From NCBI GenBank assembly GCA_965287045.1, contig OZ336885.1:21824001-21888000 (forward strand): a stretch of 64,000 nucleotides of DNA. Reading direction: 5' to 3'. Source of the DNA: Carcharhinus amblyrhynchos. Taxonomy: Eukaryota. The notes beneath the pieces are model-generated. The model saw nothing but the letters and a program-made list of their open reading frames with translations. It did no database searches and was not told the origin of the DNA. Made by a program: the position numbers and the translations under genes. Positions 11,683 to 24,780 of this stretch are shown here, one piece after another; the first letter of the stretch is position 1; each line of letters begins with the position of its first letter.

Positions 11683-14215
11683 GTAAGTCTGACAAATAAT
11701 TATGACATTTCATAATATATATTTACGATTTTCCTTGTTTAGTTGATAAAGCTTCCACTTAATGAAACATTTTACACTTGCTTATTTTAGCACCAATAAA
11801 ACACAAATTACAAGATAAATATGAAATATTCTTACTAGGAATTCTCTATAGTATCATCAGGCTAATTAAAACCTAACTTGTGTCTGAATAAATTTGTAAG
11901 GAAGCTTATGCCCAAGTAGCTCAGTTTGCTTTGCTGAGTAAATAACATACTTAATAAGTGTACCTTTACTGATTTAACTTGATGTTGATTGCTCTAATGA
12001 TTTTTTTTAAAGCATAAAAAAGGCATACAATTACGATCCACCTGGTGAATTGACAGTTGTATTAAAAACATACAACAAAACTGGAAAGCCTATTTACATT
12101 AGGGTGACAAAATGTGCACCAATATTGTCATAAAGTGATAAAGCATGCCTGTTTTGGCTCAGTTGTTTCCTCTGTGCTCTCTAACTAACAATAAAAGTAC
12201 TATCCTCTAAGGTCTGGGAATAGGTTGCTAAGGTAAAGGAAGATATAGATGAGCCAGGAGAAAATAAATTATGACATTGAAGAGGCAGGAAATAGTAAAA
12301 ATTAAATACATCTGTAGATTTATTCCATACAATTGATATTGCAGCTGAATGACATTTTTGCCTTTTCACGGTTTGGTTTGAGATGAGTTATTTATGATCA
12401 GGTAGTTGTTTGAGCCAAGCTTGCCCTCTGGTGTTAAAAAATTGTAATTAATGAATTGATTTTTATAGCAATATATTTCAACTGTTCATAGAAATGTTTA
12501 CAATTATTTTGTGATTATTTTCATAAATTTCTACTTTAAAAGTATTTTTAAATGTTGTAAAGTACTGCCCCCATCGCAATGCTATCCCTTGAAGTCACCT
12601 AACCAGTATTTGCAAGATATTAAATAATTCTGCAATAATGTTTATTCCGATGACCAATTTGGCAGTTTTCAGCCAATCTTTTACCACTGGTTAGTGAACT
12701 CTTAAGACCTTAGCAACATAATACAATTGCTCCTTCTGTTATTTTCATGGAGATAAAGGTAAATTTTTAAACAAAAAAAAACTCGGATAAATGTTCTTTC
12801 TAAAACAGCAGAAAGAGAATTCAGAGAATATCAAGACACTTTTCAAGACAAGAAGCCCTTGTGTTGAGTTGCATTATTTTTGCTTTAGCATTGACTATAT
12901 TAGGGCCAGTATATGCACTTAGTGTTGGAACTTCTGCTTTAGTATCACATTGCACTGGGGCCAACAGAGCGTGCGTGAGACATTCTCTCTCGCTGACTTT
13001 CCCCTACTACCTGCTTCCCTGCCTGACTTTCTCACTTGATATCACTATTTAAGCCAAGCCACCAAACATAGCTCCTTGCGAGAAATTCCTGCATGGCTAT
13101 TTTGCAATTCTTGAAGTATTCGTCACTGGTATGGATACAGGACAACCATCAGGCACCGCACAAGATGCTGCCATTTTCTAGACTCACCTCCTGATATTTA
13201 GGGAGATAAGGTGTCAAATCCTTCAAACCCTTCTGGTTCATCACTTAGGACAATCTGACGTAGTTTCACCAAAGTAGGGCCTGGATTTGCTTGGTGGATT
13301 CTGGCTAAGTGTCCATGAAGTTCAGAGTCAAGACAATTTCATTCACCTTTGGAGTTGAAGGTAGGCTGGTGGGTAGCAGCAGGTGACTCAAGGCATCCAC
13401 ATTGGCTATATGTCTCCCTGGATGATATTCTAGGGTGTTTTCATAGGCGCTTAATAGCAGTGCCCAGTATTGGATCTGGCTGATGCGATGGGAGGAATTA
13501 TCCAGTCCTCCTTGGAGAGGCCCAGCAGAGGTTTGTGGTTGGTCACTGTGGGGAAATGCTGACCATAGATATACTGGTGGAACTTTTTCACCACAAGCAC
13601 CATGGCCAAACTTTCTTTTTTGATTTGGGCATACTTACTCTCTGCATCCGCTAGGATTCGTGATGCGTATGCAATTGGATGTTCTGTCCCGTCATTCCAA
13701 CACTACATAATGCCACTCCTATCTCATAGGGAGAGGCATCGCAGGTTACAATGAATGATCTCAGTGGATCATAATGGGCTGGATATTTGTTGACAGCAAT
13801 TGTTGATTGATGTTTGCAAAGGTTTTCTCTTGTGGCATTTCTGATTTTTTTTAACAGTACATGGAGGGAGGCCAGCAGGGTTCCAAGTTTGGAATGAATT
13901 TTCCATAGTAATTTATGAGACCTAGGAAAGACTTCAACTCCGTTGTGTTCTTTGGCATCAAGAGTCCCTTTTATGGCCTTAACCTTCTTTTCAACAGGTT
14001 ATTATCCATCCTTGTCAACTTTGTACCCAAGGTATGTTATCTTGTTAATCCAGTAAACATATTTTTCCCTTTTTAGTCAGGCGTTAGCATCAGGAAAAAG
14101 TCATAAAGGTATCCTTTAAACTCTCCAAATGTTCTTTTGCAGTAGCTTCTGAGATTAAGATGTAATTCAGATAGACTGCCATTTTGGGCACCTCTTGAAG
14201 GATGTTCTGCATCTT

Positions 14216-14641
14216 TAGGCTTGTACTCGTTAAGAGTTTAGAAGAATGAGGGGAGATCTCATTGAGATGTATAAGATGATGAATGGGATGGATAGGATAG
14301 AGGTGGAGAGACTCTTCCCGCTTAGAAAGGATAGTAGGACTAGGGGGCACAGCCTCAAGATAAAGGGGGGGTGGTTTAGAATGGAGTTGAGGAGGAACTT
14401 CTTCACTCAAAGGGTGGTGAATCTCTGGAATTCTCTGCCCGTTGAAGTGGTGGAGGCTACCTCGCTAAATATTTTTAAGACGCGGGTTGATGGGTTTTTG
14501 ATAAGAGAGGGGATTAAGGGTTATGGGGAGAGGGTGGGAATGTGGAACTGAGCCACGACAGATCAGCCATGATCTTATTGAATGGCGGGGCAGGCTTGAA
14601 GGGCTAGACGGCCTACTCCTGCTCCTATTTCTTATGTTCTT
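14216..14641 (+). mobile_element. Young 5'-truncated CR1 inserted in the Gypsy RT
   Basis: ORF 14246-14551 MRGDLIEMYKMM...FFTQRVVNLWNSLP; TTCTTATG tail; ATCTT direct repeats at 14211-14215 and 14642-14646. Confidence 0.92.
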
Positions 14642-15147
14642 ATCTTCCTTTGAAAAATGGAGCAAGCTGAAGGTACCCCAAAGGGCAAGCGAGTATACTC
14701 ATACAGTCCTTTGCAAGTATTTATGATGGGCATATTTCCTGGAAGATGCCACAAACTCTAGTAGGAGGTAGGCATAGCTCATGTCTAATTTGGAAAATAT
14801 GTGAGCCCCACCAAGCCAGTTTCACATATAAGTCTTCTCTGTGTAGATAGGGTATCTGTCTAAGTGGGAGGCTGTACTGACCGTCAATTTATAATTCCGA
14901 CAGAGACGGACCAAATTGTCAGATTTGAAAACTGGGACTACTGGCACAGCCAATTAAGAAAATTGTACGGAGTGAATAATGCAAAGTTCCTCTAGATGTT
15001 TCAATAAGGCCTCTAAAATTTGGCATGTAGGGCATAGGGAACCAGTCATGCCTTGGAGTAGTGAGGTCGGGTCGCTGGGTCCACATAGATCTTGGGCTTA
15101 GTGTCTCTAATTTTCCTGAGGCTTTCTTAAAACACTTCCGGTACTTA

Positions 15148-15919
15148 TGTAATGATACCGTGCCTTTAAGAAGTATATTTATATCATGTTTCTCAAACGG
15201 GGTATGTTTAGAATTAAGATCTGTTTTGCAGGGTGCTGAGTTGTCAAGCAAAACCTTTAAATTGTTCGCTGGGAACACAAGTATTCATTTTACACCTGGA
15301 GTGTTTGTTTTAAACAGAGTGAATGTATTTGTGTTTACTTGGGTTTCCCTTGCGAGTTTCAGTGGAAAGTTTTGATTAGGTTGATTGATGGGACAGAGCC
15401 ATGTGCTTTATGGGAGGAACTAAGCTTGCAGGAAGTAAATACTGTTTTCAGTTTCAGTTTAAAATACAAGCAGCTGCAGGTGGGCTGCCTGAAGTAAACA
15501 GGTATCTCGCTGTCTCTGTCCAGAGTTGTTCCGAAAGCTCCAAAACTGTTAATCTAAGACAAGCAAGTACGCCTATGTCTTGCTAACTAATTTTAAAGAA
15601 GGGCTTTAAGTCTATAAGAGGAATATTGCTTGAAGTGGAACTCAGCAATAGGTTAGCAGTTAAGACTTGTATCTTGTCGTGTTTAAGTAGTGTTTATTTG
15701 TTAAAGGGTAAGCTAATTCAGTTATTGCAGTTAAACTATGTTGTTAAATGAAGTTTTTTTGGATAAAAGGTTCCCAGTGTGTCAATACAATCATGCATTG
15801 AATGAAACATCAAAACTACTGACACTACTGACATCTGATACTAATGCCAAAATTCAGAATTGTTGGGGTTAGTCTACCTTCATAATATATCTTTGAATTT
15901 CTGATCTAGTACCCTAGCA
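15148..15919 (+). mobile_element. Solo LTR (772 bp) inserted in the Gypsy pol
   Basis: TGTAATG...CTAGCA ends; 4-bp TSD CTTA/CTTT; Gypsy coding sequence resumes on both sides; orientation inferred. Confidence 0.75.
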
Positions 15920-17186
15920 CTTTCCAGTGATTTTTTTATAAATTGCCAGCGCCCATTTTAAAGATGTTTCTAATCCAAGTGGATTTTCTGTAGCCAGTCT
16001 CTTCCCAGAAGACAGGGCCCTAGTCCTTGCACCACTAATAAGGAGATTCAGACTGTCTGTTGCCTAAACATAATTGAGTTTACACTGGCCCCAACAATAT
16101 GTAAGTGTATGTGGCCAATCTAGACTTGGTGTCCTGCAAGCTTATAGCAAGTTGTTCGCCAATAATAGTACAGTGACTCCTGTGTCTACCTCCATGTCTG
16201 GAGGTAGCTATTTTCCTGAAGTTTAATCTCAATTGGAGCCATTTTGGGTGCGCAATGCAATTTAGCTGCATCAATTTCTCATTTTCAGGTTGACTTATTT
16301 GCAAAGCCCTGTCCTGAGGTGGCTTTGCCCTTTGGCCTGGGCAGTTTTGCCTGTTTCGGATAGCCTTGTCTGGGGCAGACCCTATCACTACCTGCAGCAT
16401 GGATATTCTCACTCTTCCCATCTAATTCTGCAATCTCGCAACCTCCATCTTCAATTGCCCTTTCTTGACTCCAAATGGGAAACGTGAGTCTTATCTATGG
16501 ATACTGGGTTCTGCGTGATGAAGTTGTTCAAGGCTGGGGCTGGTACCGTCAATGGACCCCTGAAATTCCTGGGCCCTTTTTTCCACGTTTTCACAGAAAA
16601 GGGCCAGTTCTATGGCTTTCTTGAGGTCCAGAGTTCTTCAGTCTGTAGCTTCCTTTGGGTTACAATATTATTAATTGCACATCAAAATGATCCGTTAGTA
16701 TTTCCAGGAGTGATGACCCATACTCAGTGTTCTGCCAATTTTTGCAATTTTATCAAGAATTCAGTGACAAGTTCCCCAGGGAGTCTATTTGCTGTGTTAT
16801 ACATATAGCATTGCAATGGAACAAAGACAGAGTTGTAGTGGTTCGATACAATCTCTACAAATTCATTGGAGGATTTTGAACTGGGGCTGCTGGGTAGGTT
16901 AAACTCTTTATAATGTTGAAAGTTGGGGCCCCACAAGTGGTCAAGAGGATTACTTTTTGTCAGTTGTCCCTGTCTACCTCATTTGCCCAGAAGAAATATC
17001 TCTTCCTTTTGGTGTCTGGGGACCAATCTTAAACATGTGGATTGTAAGCTTCCAGTTTCCCAAACAGCAGCATTTTCAATATCTCCTTGTCACTGTCTTA
17101 CTGGGTTCATTCAAAGGCAATGCTGTCCATAACTTTCCTTGTTCTTCATCATCACAGCAGCATTTTCAATATCTCCCTGTCACTGT

Positions 17187-17313
17187 CATAAGAACATAAG
17201 AACACAAGAAATAAGAGCAGGAGTAGGCCACCTAGCCCTTCGAGCCTGCCCCGCCATCAACAAGATCATGGCTGATCTGAAGTGGATCAGCTCCACCTTC
17301 CCGCTTCAAAGGC
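17187..17313 (-). mobile_element. CR1 3' tail fragment in the Gypsy leader
   Basis: cataagaacataagaac...gagtaggcc...atcatggctgatc, same tail type as 14216-14641 and 31775-32410. Confidence 0.85.
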
Positions 17314-18251
17314 CTTCAAAGGCAAGGCTGTCCATAACTTTCCTTGTTCCTCATCGTCAAGATAATGATTCAGGTAATCCGACTGGAAGGAACATATTTT
17401 ATTTACAGAATGCTTAATAAAACCACTACTGTGGTGTATACATACTACTCCCTTCCTGGAACTACAGTTCAGCAGGCCCAGTCTTGGGCCTGTCTTATAA
17501 AAGGCTTAAGTCATGAGTTCCAGCTGGGCAGGCCACTGCCTGTTACCAGGGGAACTCTTACTCAATGAGAGCCTTGGGGAATCCAATCCATTATTCCCCA
17601 TGGACCTCGTGGGGTTAACCAATGACCATTTAAATAATACTGTTCTTTTGTTTTTCACTCTTATGTGTACTACTTCACATTTAGCCACGCTGTATTGCTT
17701 TTTTTTGCTTTAATATATAATAAATGAAAATATATATTTCATTTATGAATGTAAGAATTTAGGAATGTACAGTATTTCAATTTACAGGGTTTAATGTTTC
17801 CGTGTTTTTTTTCTGATGAGGAAAGTCCTAATGAATGTAACTATGGTTTTTTTCATTGATTGTAATGGGAAAATCTAATTCACTTGTCTTACACTTCACT
17901 TAAAGTTACATTTGTCAGAATGCAACTACAATTTTAAGCAACAAATTGTCGTAGTAGAATAAGGGTATTAAAATTTGCTGACTTTATAGGTCAGACAGGA
18001 ACATAAGGTGGAGCCTTGTAATATAAAGTTAGGGGGAAGAAGTTCTAAGATATAGGCTCCCATTTTACTGTCAATGATTAAAGGAAAAGCACCAGTTACT
18101 CATTAAACTTATAGCTGTGCACATGCTACTTGTGGGCTTTTGAGCAGTAACCCATGGTATTTCGAGATTATTTTCAGTTTAGTGACCTCTACAAGGTATC
18201 TGGAGTCTATGTAAGCAGTATCTTTTCAGCTAATCAGACTGATTAGATGCA

Positions 18252-18954
18252 GGGCTGGATTTTGCCATTGGAAGTGAGAATCAGGAGGTAGAAATGATCT
18301 GTGTCATGATTCCAACCCTGTTTCTAGGCTGCTGGAAAATATTATTTTCCCAGTGGAAGGCCCCACTTTATGCAGGCAGCAGTGGGTCTATCATCTTAAT
18401 CAGCAGATCCAAGGCAGGAACCAAGGTTGGAAGTCACGGAGTGGGCCCACATTGGCCACTACATTTTCAGTAGGTCCAATGGTTCCTTCCAAGTGCAGAC
18501 AATCAGTCTGAGCCTCAGTTGCTGACAGTTAAAATGCAGCTATGAGTCTCCCAGGCTGTGAAGAAGGACCCGTCAAAATCAATGCCTTTCTAAGATTTGG
18601 CCCTTCTATGGAGTCATCCCCCTTCCTCTATCCCCTTTGTTACTGACCTCCCTGAATGTTAACTTGCCTCCAATGTCATTATTCGTGATTTAAAAATCCT
18701 CTAACCTAAGTTTCTGATCTTCTGTCCCAACTATGTGGCCATTCTCATCTCTTCTCAGTCAGCAGGGTTACAATTGGCCACCAAAGCCTGTTCACTCCAG
18801 TGAAAGTCCTGCAAGATCCGGCCTTGGGCCTTTTGACATGAGTAAGAAGGTTTCCTGCTCCACACCAGCAACATGGGGGAAATGAAAGAGAGACCTCTGC
18901 CCGCATTATATGACTGTCATTTTATGCCATTTTTGGAATCTCAAAATCCGGCCT
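18252..18954. mobile_element. Non-autonomous TIR element (MITE, probably PIF/Harbinger-related)
   Basis: Imperfect terminal inverted repeats GGGCTGGATTTTG / CAAAATCCGGCCT; no coding capacity; TSD not evident. Confidence 0.55.
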
Positions 18955-19839
18955 GTGGAGTCTAAATCAGGAAATATAACTTAGATTATTTATTTAACCA
19001 TGTTGATAAAGCAAAATAAAGAACAAAAAGGATAGAATTAAAAGTGAGAGAAATGAAGGACAGAAAGCAGTAAAAAAATAAAATTTCCAATAATTAAATT
19101 CTGAAGGAATGAGACTCCAAAGTTGTAAAATTAAAGATTCAGAACCATAGATGTTGTTTGGCAGTAATTAAGACTTAACAAGCCATTAAAATTCATATAC
19201 ATCTGAATGCACCAGCTTTAACCTTCTTCTGATGTATTTAGTGGTTAGGTACTGCAATTTTATGCCCTTCAAGTGTCTTAACGCCATGGCCATCAATGAG
19301 GTATTAACGTAACACAGCTTATGAAGCTGCAGGGAAAATCAGACTGTCACATTTAACAACGTATGTGTAGAAAGCTGATGTTCATTTTAGTTCATAAGAA
19401 TAGAGTGCTGACAGTGTCACTATTATTCAAATGTTTAAATTAATGTTTGCATTAATTTGCATAAAATTGAAATTGCCAAATCTAACAATTCATTATGCTC
19501 TGCTTTAGTATTTACCAATGAGTTATCAGTGAGAAAAAAGTCTTTGTTAAACTTCAAAGCTTACAAATTTCAAACAGGACAAAGTAGCAAGTAAGAGATA
19601 CAAGTACAAATTGGACTATTCTATTTCACCTTCTGATCTTAATGTATATGGCTTACCATAACACACAATAAGTTGTCACACAAAACAAGGATGCATGGGA
19701 TTCAAGGTAATGGCCAGGATTGTCAGAAATTGCTGCCTGAAGTTAACAAACCTTTTCTTGGTCCGTCCCGACTCGCTATAAATCCCGTGGCAGCCGGACG
19801 GGAAAATTCTGCCCAATATGTTAGCATGGATATAAAATA

Positions 19840-20415
19840 TAGGATTAGAGAAAGGATAGTAAGCAAGAGAAAAGGAATAAATGTGCCACTTTCAGGATAA
19901 CATTCTGTTGCAAGGATCAGTGCTGAGACTTAAGCTATTTACAGTCTATATTAATGCCCTAGATAAAGGGACCAAGTGTAATATATCTAAATTTGCTGAC
20001 CATACAAAGCTAATTGGGAAAGTAAGCTGTGAGGAGGATACAAAAAGTCTTCAAAGAAATATAGATGGCTTCTTTGACTGATAAGAAGATGCCAGATGGA
20101 AAATAATGAGGGGATTTATTCACTTTAGTAGGAGGAATAGGAAAACTATTTATTAAAAGTGAGGAACTATTAAAAGTTGGTGTTCTTCTTCTCTAAGGAA
20201 TTTGTGTGTCCTTGTACAAGAAGCATAAAAAGTTGACATACAAGTGCAGCAAGCAATTAGGAAGGCATATGGTATGTTGGTCTTTTACGTGCGAGGGTAG
20301 GAGTAGAGGAATGAAGAAGTCTTGCTGTCATTCTACTTTAGTGAGACCATACCTAGAATACTGTGTATGGTTTTATTCTTTGTACCCAAGGAAGAATACA
20401 TCTACCCAAGAGGCA
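19840..20415 (+). mobile_element. CR1 RT fragment
   Basis: ORF 19881-20081 QGSVLRLKLFTVYINALDKGTKCNISKFADHTKL; LVRPYLEYCV. Confidence 0.85.
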
Positions 20416-20474
20416 TTACCTGCAAGTTCTCCTCTAAACATACACCATCCTAACTTGGAATTACACACATAGTC

Positions 20475-21343
20475 CACAGAGGTAAAAGGCAGCACACCAC
20501 CACCAATCATTATATAAATATTATTAAAGAATTTTTATTAGCAAAAAAAAATAAAAGGACTACAATACTTTTAAGACACTTAAGTACATAAATAACCACA
20601 CACCCACACACACACAAACACATAGTTTATATAGAAATAACACCTTGTTCTAAAATATATTGATGATTCCTGAACTCCCTAAGACTCCCTTTTCCCAAAC
20701 AACATCCAAATTAAATAGTTCTAACTCAAACTAGCTCATAGTTACCACACAATACAGGACTAATGATCAATTCTGGGAAAACATCTTTTCCTGGTCCAGC
20801 AAAAATATTCAAACTGCTTTTACGAAGCTTTCCTGCAGACTTAGACGCAAACTATAGAATCTAAGAAGTAAACAATGTTACAGGACCCCTTGGCTGTGAA
20901 ATGGATCCAAGCCTTCTGGCTCTGAGTTTTGGACTGGCCTTTGGCTATGGGGTTTGGGCTGTCTTGTCTGCTTCTGAGGGGGAAGAGTGCGGGTGGGGGT
21001 AACAGTTATACTGTTTTTCCTTTTGTTATTTCAAATTCAAGAGTCAGCTGTCTACTTATCTGGAATTCTTTCCTTTTATGGAGTTTAGCATTTCTATTGC
21101 CTTGAACTCACTCAATCATTTAAGTTATTTCTGCTTGGGAAGCTTAACATTTCTATAGCAGTCATCTAAGTAGTCTGTTTCTACTCCTAAAGCAATTCAC
21201 ACCCCTTCATCCTTAGATGCTCTCATGCCTTTTAGAGGCTTCCTGCCCCTGGAAATGCTGGCAGTTACTGTTGCCAGGCAGATTTCTATCTTTCAGGCCT
21301 TTTAAAATTCTAGTTACTTTTGCTGCTAGGCAAATCCTTGACA
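20475..21343 (-). mobile_element. Probable LTR fragment
   Basis: Ends ...CCTTGACA where the L2 fragment begins; minus-strand AATAAA near 20535; other end undefined. Confidence 0.4.
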
Positions 21344-21650
21344 GTGAGGTAGAGTTGGGTATTGTTAGCATACATGTAGAAACTGACAATTTGTTTCCAG
21401 ATGATGTAATCAAGCTCAGCATGTTGATGAGAAATAGGAGGGGCAGAATCCTTGGGGACTCCAGAGGTATATGTGTGGGGGTGAGCAGAGAAGCCATTGT
21501 AAGCAATTCCATGGCTTTGATCAGATAGATAGAAAAAAACCCACTTGAGAGCAGATTCACCCAGCCGAGTGATGGTGGAGAAGAGTTGGAAGAGGATGTT
21601 GTTATAAATCATGTCAAAGATTGAAGAAAGGTCAAGAATCACAATGGGGC
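21344..21650 (-). mobile_element. L2 LINE RT fragment
   Basis: ORF 21310-21642 ILDLSSIFDMI...TSGVPKDS...FYMYANNTQLYL. Confidence 0.85.
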
Positions 21651-22059
21651 AAGTTTAGTATTGTCATAGAAACTTGTATGGTGTAATGGACTAGAAATAA
21701 CTTACACAATGATACACAATATGATCAGCTCTTACAACAAACTACACTCTGCCCCAAGTTTAAAAAAAACTACTGATAGCCACAAGAATTTTTAAAATCT
21801 CATTAAGCTTCTACTTGGGTTCGCTGGCCAAAGGCAGTTCCTTGGTAATTATTCACTAAACCACAGCAAAGTAGTGTGATTTAATACTGGTACGTCAAGG
21901 AGGTAGGTTCCCAGACCACCTCAGCTGGAACAGGGGTCAAACACCATGCTATTGGAATTAATCTGCTCCACAAGCTAACTGTCAGGTTAATTGAACTAAC
22001 CCCCATGTTTCCGCGCCCCCCCCCCCAACTTTTATCAAGGTTACTTATCAAAATGTACA

Positions 22060-22485
22060 ATGGCATGCAGTGTTCCAGTAAAACTCTACACAAGATTGAG
22101 GAGCAGCACCTCCTCTTTAGTCTGAGCACATTACAGCCTTTGGGTTCAATATTGAGTTCAACAACTTTAGATCATAACCTCTGCCCCCATCTTGTCCTAT
22201 GTGTTTTTTTTGCTTCATGTTGTGTTCCATTGGCTGATGTATTGCCATTCGTGCCTAATCTGGTCACAACCTTTGTTTCTTTACTATAACATTACCTACC
22301 CCTCCATCCTATCACAATTACTTTTGTTCTTCCTGTCCCTGTCTCCTTCTACTAGCATAAAATCTCTTACATTTCTTTCTAACTTCAAATCTGATGAAAA
22401 GTAATCTACCTGAAATGTTAGCTGTGTTTTTCTTCACCGATGCTGCCTGACCTGCTAAGTATTTCAGCACTACTTGTTTTTATTT
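22060..22485 (+). mobile_element. Penelope-like element 3' end with terminal repeat
   Basis: QCSSKTLHKIEEQHLLFSLSTLQPLG (GIY-YIG C-terminal region); CTGATGA...GAAATGTT hammerhead-like motif at 22391-22419. Confidence 0.8.
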
Positions 22486-23399
22486 ATATGTATGTTTGAT
22501 CACCCAGAAGCAGTACAATAAGGGAAATTTCTGTGGAATCTTAAATTTTGATGAATGTTTCAAAAGTACTTTTTAGAGTTTGCATTAAGTGTAAAGGGAT
22601 CAATTGTTATTTTCTTAGATAATCGGATATACTGGTCCCACTTGGAATCAGTTAGTTAACAGGAAGTTAACATATGAAAGCATTCATAAAGGACAACCGC
22701 ATACACAAAGGAGGGGAGCTGGAAGCTGAAGGGATTCGGTGCTAAAGATCACACACAAAATGCAGAGTTTTATATATGCAGGGTGGGTGCATGTCCACTC
22801 CAGAAGAGTGTAAAATAGCATGTGATGATATCAAGCATCCCATACGATATTTTGGTTGGCAGGCACAGACACAAATAGGCGTCGTGTCCACCAACAATTA
22901 TGGAGCCAATTGAAGGGATTATCAGCCCCATTGCCTAGACAATTGCATGGCCTGTGCAATCTTTAGGTTGCATGGCAAAATGAGCAGGCAGGCGATCAGT
23001 TTTTCAGCTTTTCTCAATCATGGACCAGAAAGGGAGAGGCTGCCTCAATCAAGAGGCCCTTTCAGATTTGGGGTGCCCTCTCCCCCAGAATATAGAATAT
23101 CCAGCTCTTCCCTCCCTCTCCCCCCTCCCCCTCCCACCCTCAGTGCTACAATCGCTCCAAGGCATTCCCAACTATTCCCCTCAGAACTTAACCTTGGGAA
23201 CAGTCCTGGGATTTAGTTCCAGCCAGAGTTCAGCAGTACCGCTTCTGGCCAAAGCTGGGACTTCCTTGCAAGGATGATGGAAGTCCTGTACACTGCCAAA
23301 CAATTCTCAATTGAGCATTAAATGGCAGTGAGAGTCTGAGAGTCATAAATTTTTACGCAAAGAGAATGCAAAAACAGGAAGAGGAACACAGAATTCTTG

Positions 23400-24780
23400 T
23401 AAGGAGAAGAAGCAAATCTCTCTCAGGAAGAGTTTAGTTTTTCTATTTGGCAGAAAAAGATACAGGAGCTCCTGGAGGTATTGCGAGAGTGATTTTTTAA
23501 AGCTCTAAAACTTGAAAGCATTATGAATAGCTCAAAGGTACTAAACAGCTGGCTATTTTCCCAGAACGGCCGAACTGTGAACAACAGTATTATTGGTTGC
23601 TCAGTTGAAAAGGAACTCTAGAAAGTTACACCATTACAGCCTGAGGGAGAGAAGGTTTATGGAAATGTGCCTTGCTGATGTGAAACTCAAAGGTGAAAGC
23701 TGTCGTTGGATAGGACTTCTAGCCCACCCTGCATGAATACTGTGCAATTGTGTAGTGTTACAGTTGTGCAGAGAGAGATAGGGTGCTTGCAATGGTATTA
23801 GATGTATCTTTGTTGTATGAACTAATAAAAGTGAAAGTTACCTTTTTAATTGAAATATCATTTGCCTATTAATTCATTTAATTTGCATTGGTTCTGATTT
23901 GTGCTCAAGTAAAAAGTACAAAAAGTGGAATCTTGTTGGTAATTTCTGCATATGGGGGTCATTCAGTAAATTTGGTCATTTTGGTTTATGGTTTTCCCCA
24001 TGATAGCCTGAATCTGGGATATGAACCCAGAGACTGAAACAGGTTCACTGGAACTTCCTGCATTTAAATAAATGTCATTTTATGTTTGCTTTTGCTCTAT
24101 TGCTTTGGGAAAACAACATGAGTAACAAGGAGAGGATCAGATTCTCAGAAACTTAGAACAATTATGACAAGATGATTCATAAACTCTAGCTCACCATGTG
24201 GGAATTAATGTAAAATCAGAAGCTAAGAATTAATTGTAGGCATCCGGAACTTGAGGAAGAAAGGAACCGTTCCATCGGCAACTGGAGAGAATTGAAAAAG
24301 AACTAGAACCAAGGTTGACTGAGTGGAAAGAGATAGATAGGCGAGAGATGAAAAAACTCAAAAGGGAATATGAGTTCTGATTATATGAACTGAGTTGACA
24401 AGAAGCAAAGATGACTCAGACAGAACTCCGCTTTAGTTTAATATGATGAAAAATTTGTGCTTAGTACCTTAAGTTGGTGAGAGGACGGGGGGATTGGAGA
24501 TGTGCTTTGTGTCCTTAAAGAAAGTTGCCATAAATCTGGATTGGGTGAAAGAACATTTCCTACAAAATGTTCCAGTATGGGAAGCTTTGGTAACATCTTC
24601 ATCTCTTTCAACAAAGCACTTGTGTGATTGAAAACATTATGAATAACTCGGAGGTACTAAACAGCTGGATGTTTAGAACCTCTTACTAGGAAGTAAAGCT
24701 TACTACAGTCAAAGTTTGAGTTTGTGCAAGAGGCCTACAAAATCTAAAAAACTTAGGACAGACCTACGTTGGTTGCTTTG
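23400..24780 (+). mobile_element. Gmr1-like Gypsy remnant: LTR plus decayed gag
   Basis: Decayed gag NLCLVP...CFVSLKKVAINLDW (~24450-24545) and EFVQEAY...LGQTYV (~24718-24770), resembling SCAN-related Gmr1 capsid; LTR-like sequence upstream. Confidence 0.5.

Larger units (their letters stand above)
13020..17621 (-). mobile_element. Degenerate Ty3/Gypsy (Mag-like) element: 5' LTR, PBS, gag, PR, RT, RH, start of IN; 3' truncated
   Basis: LTR 17361-17621; PBS-like TTGACGATGAGG (cf. TGGCGACGAGG) 17349-17360; gag MLLFGKLEAYNP from ~17073; RT KMQNILQEVPKMAVYLNYILISE (ORF 14090-14410); integrase Zn region RSYVWWLGL (~13050-13080). Confidence 0.85.

Noticed and set aside
17064-17360. CRISPR-like repeat or other prokaryotic system
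   Set aside because: Only two units inside a retrotransposon leader; vertebrate DNA with no cas or operon-like ORFs
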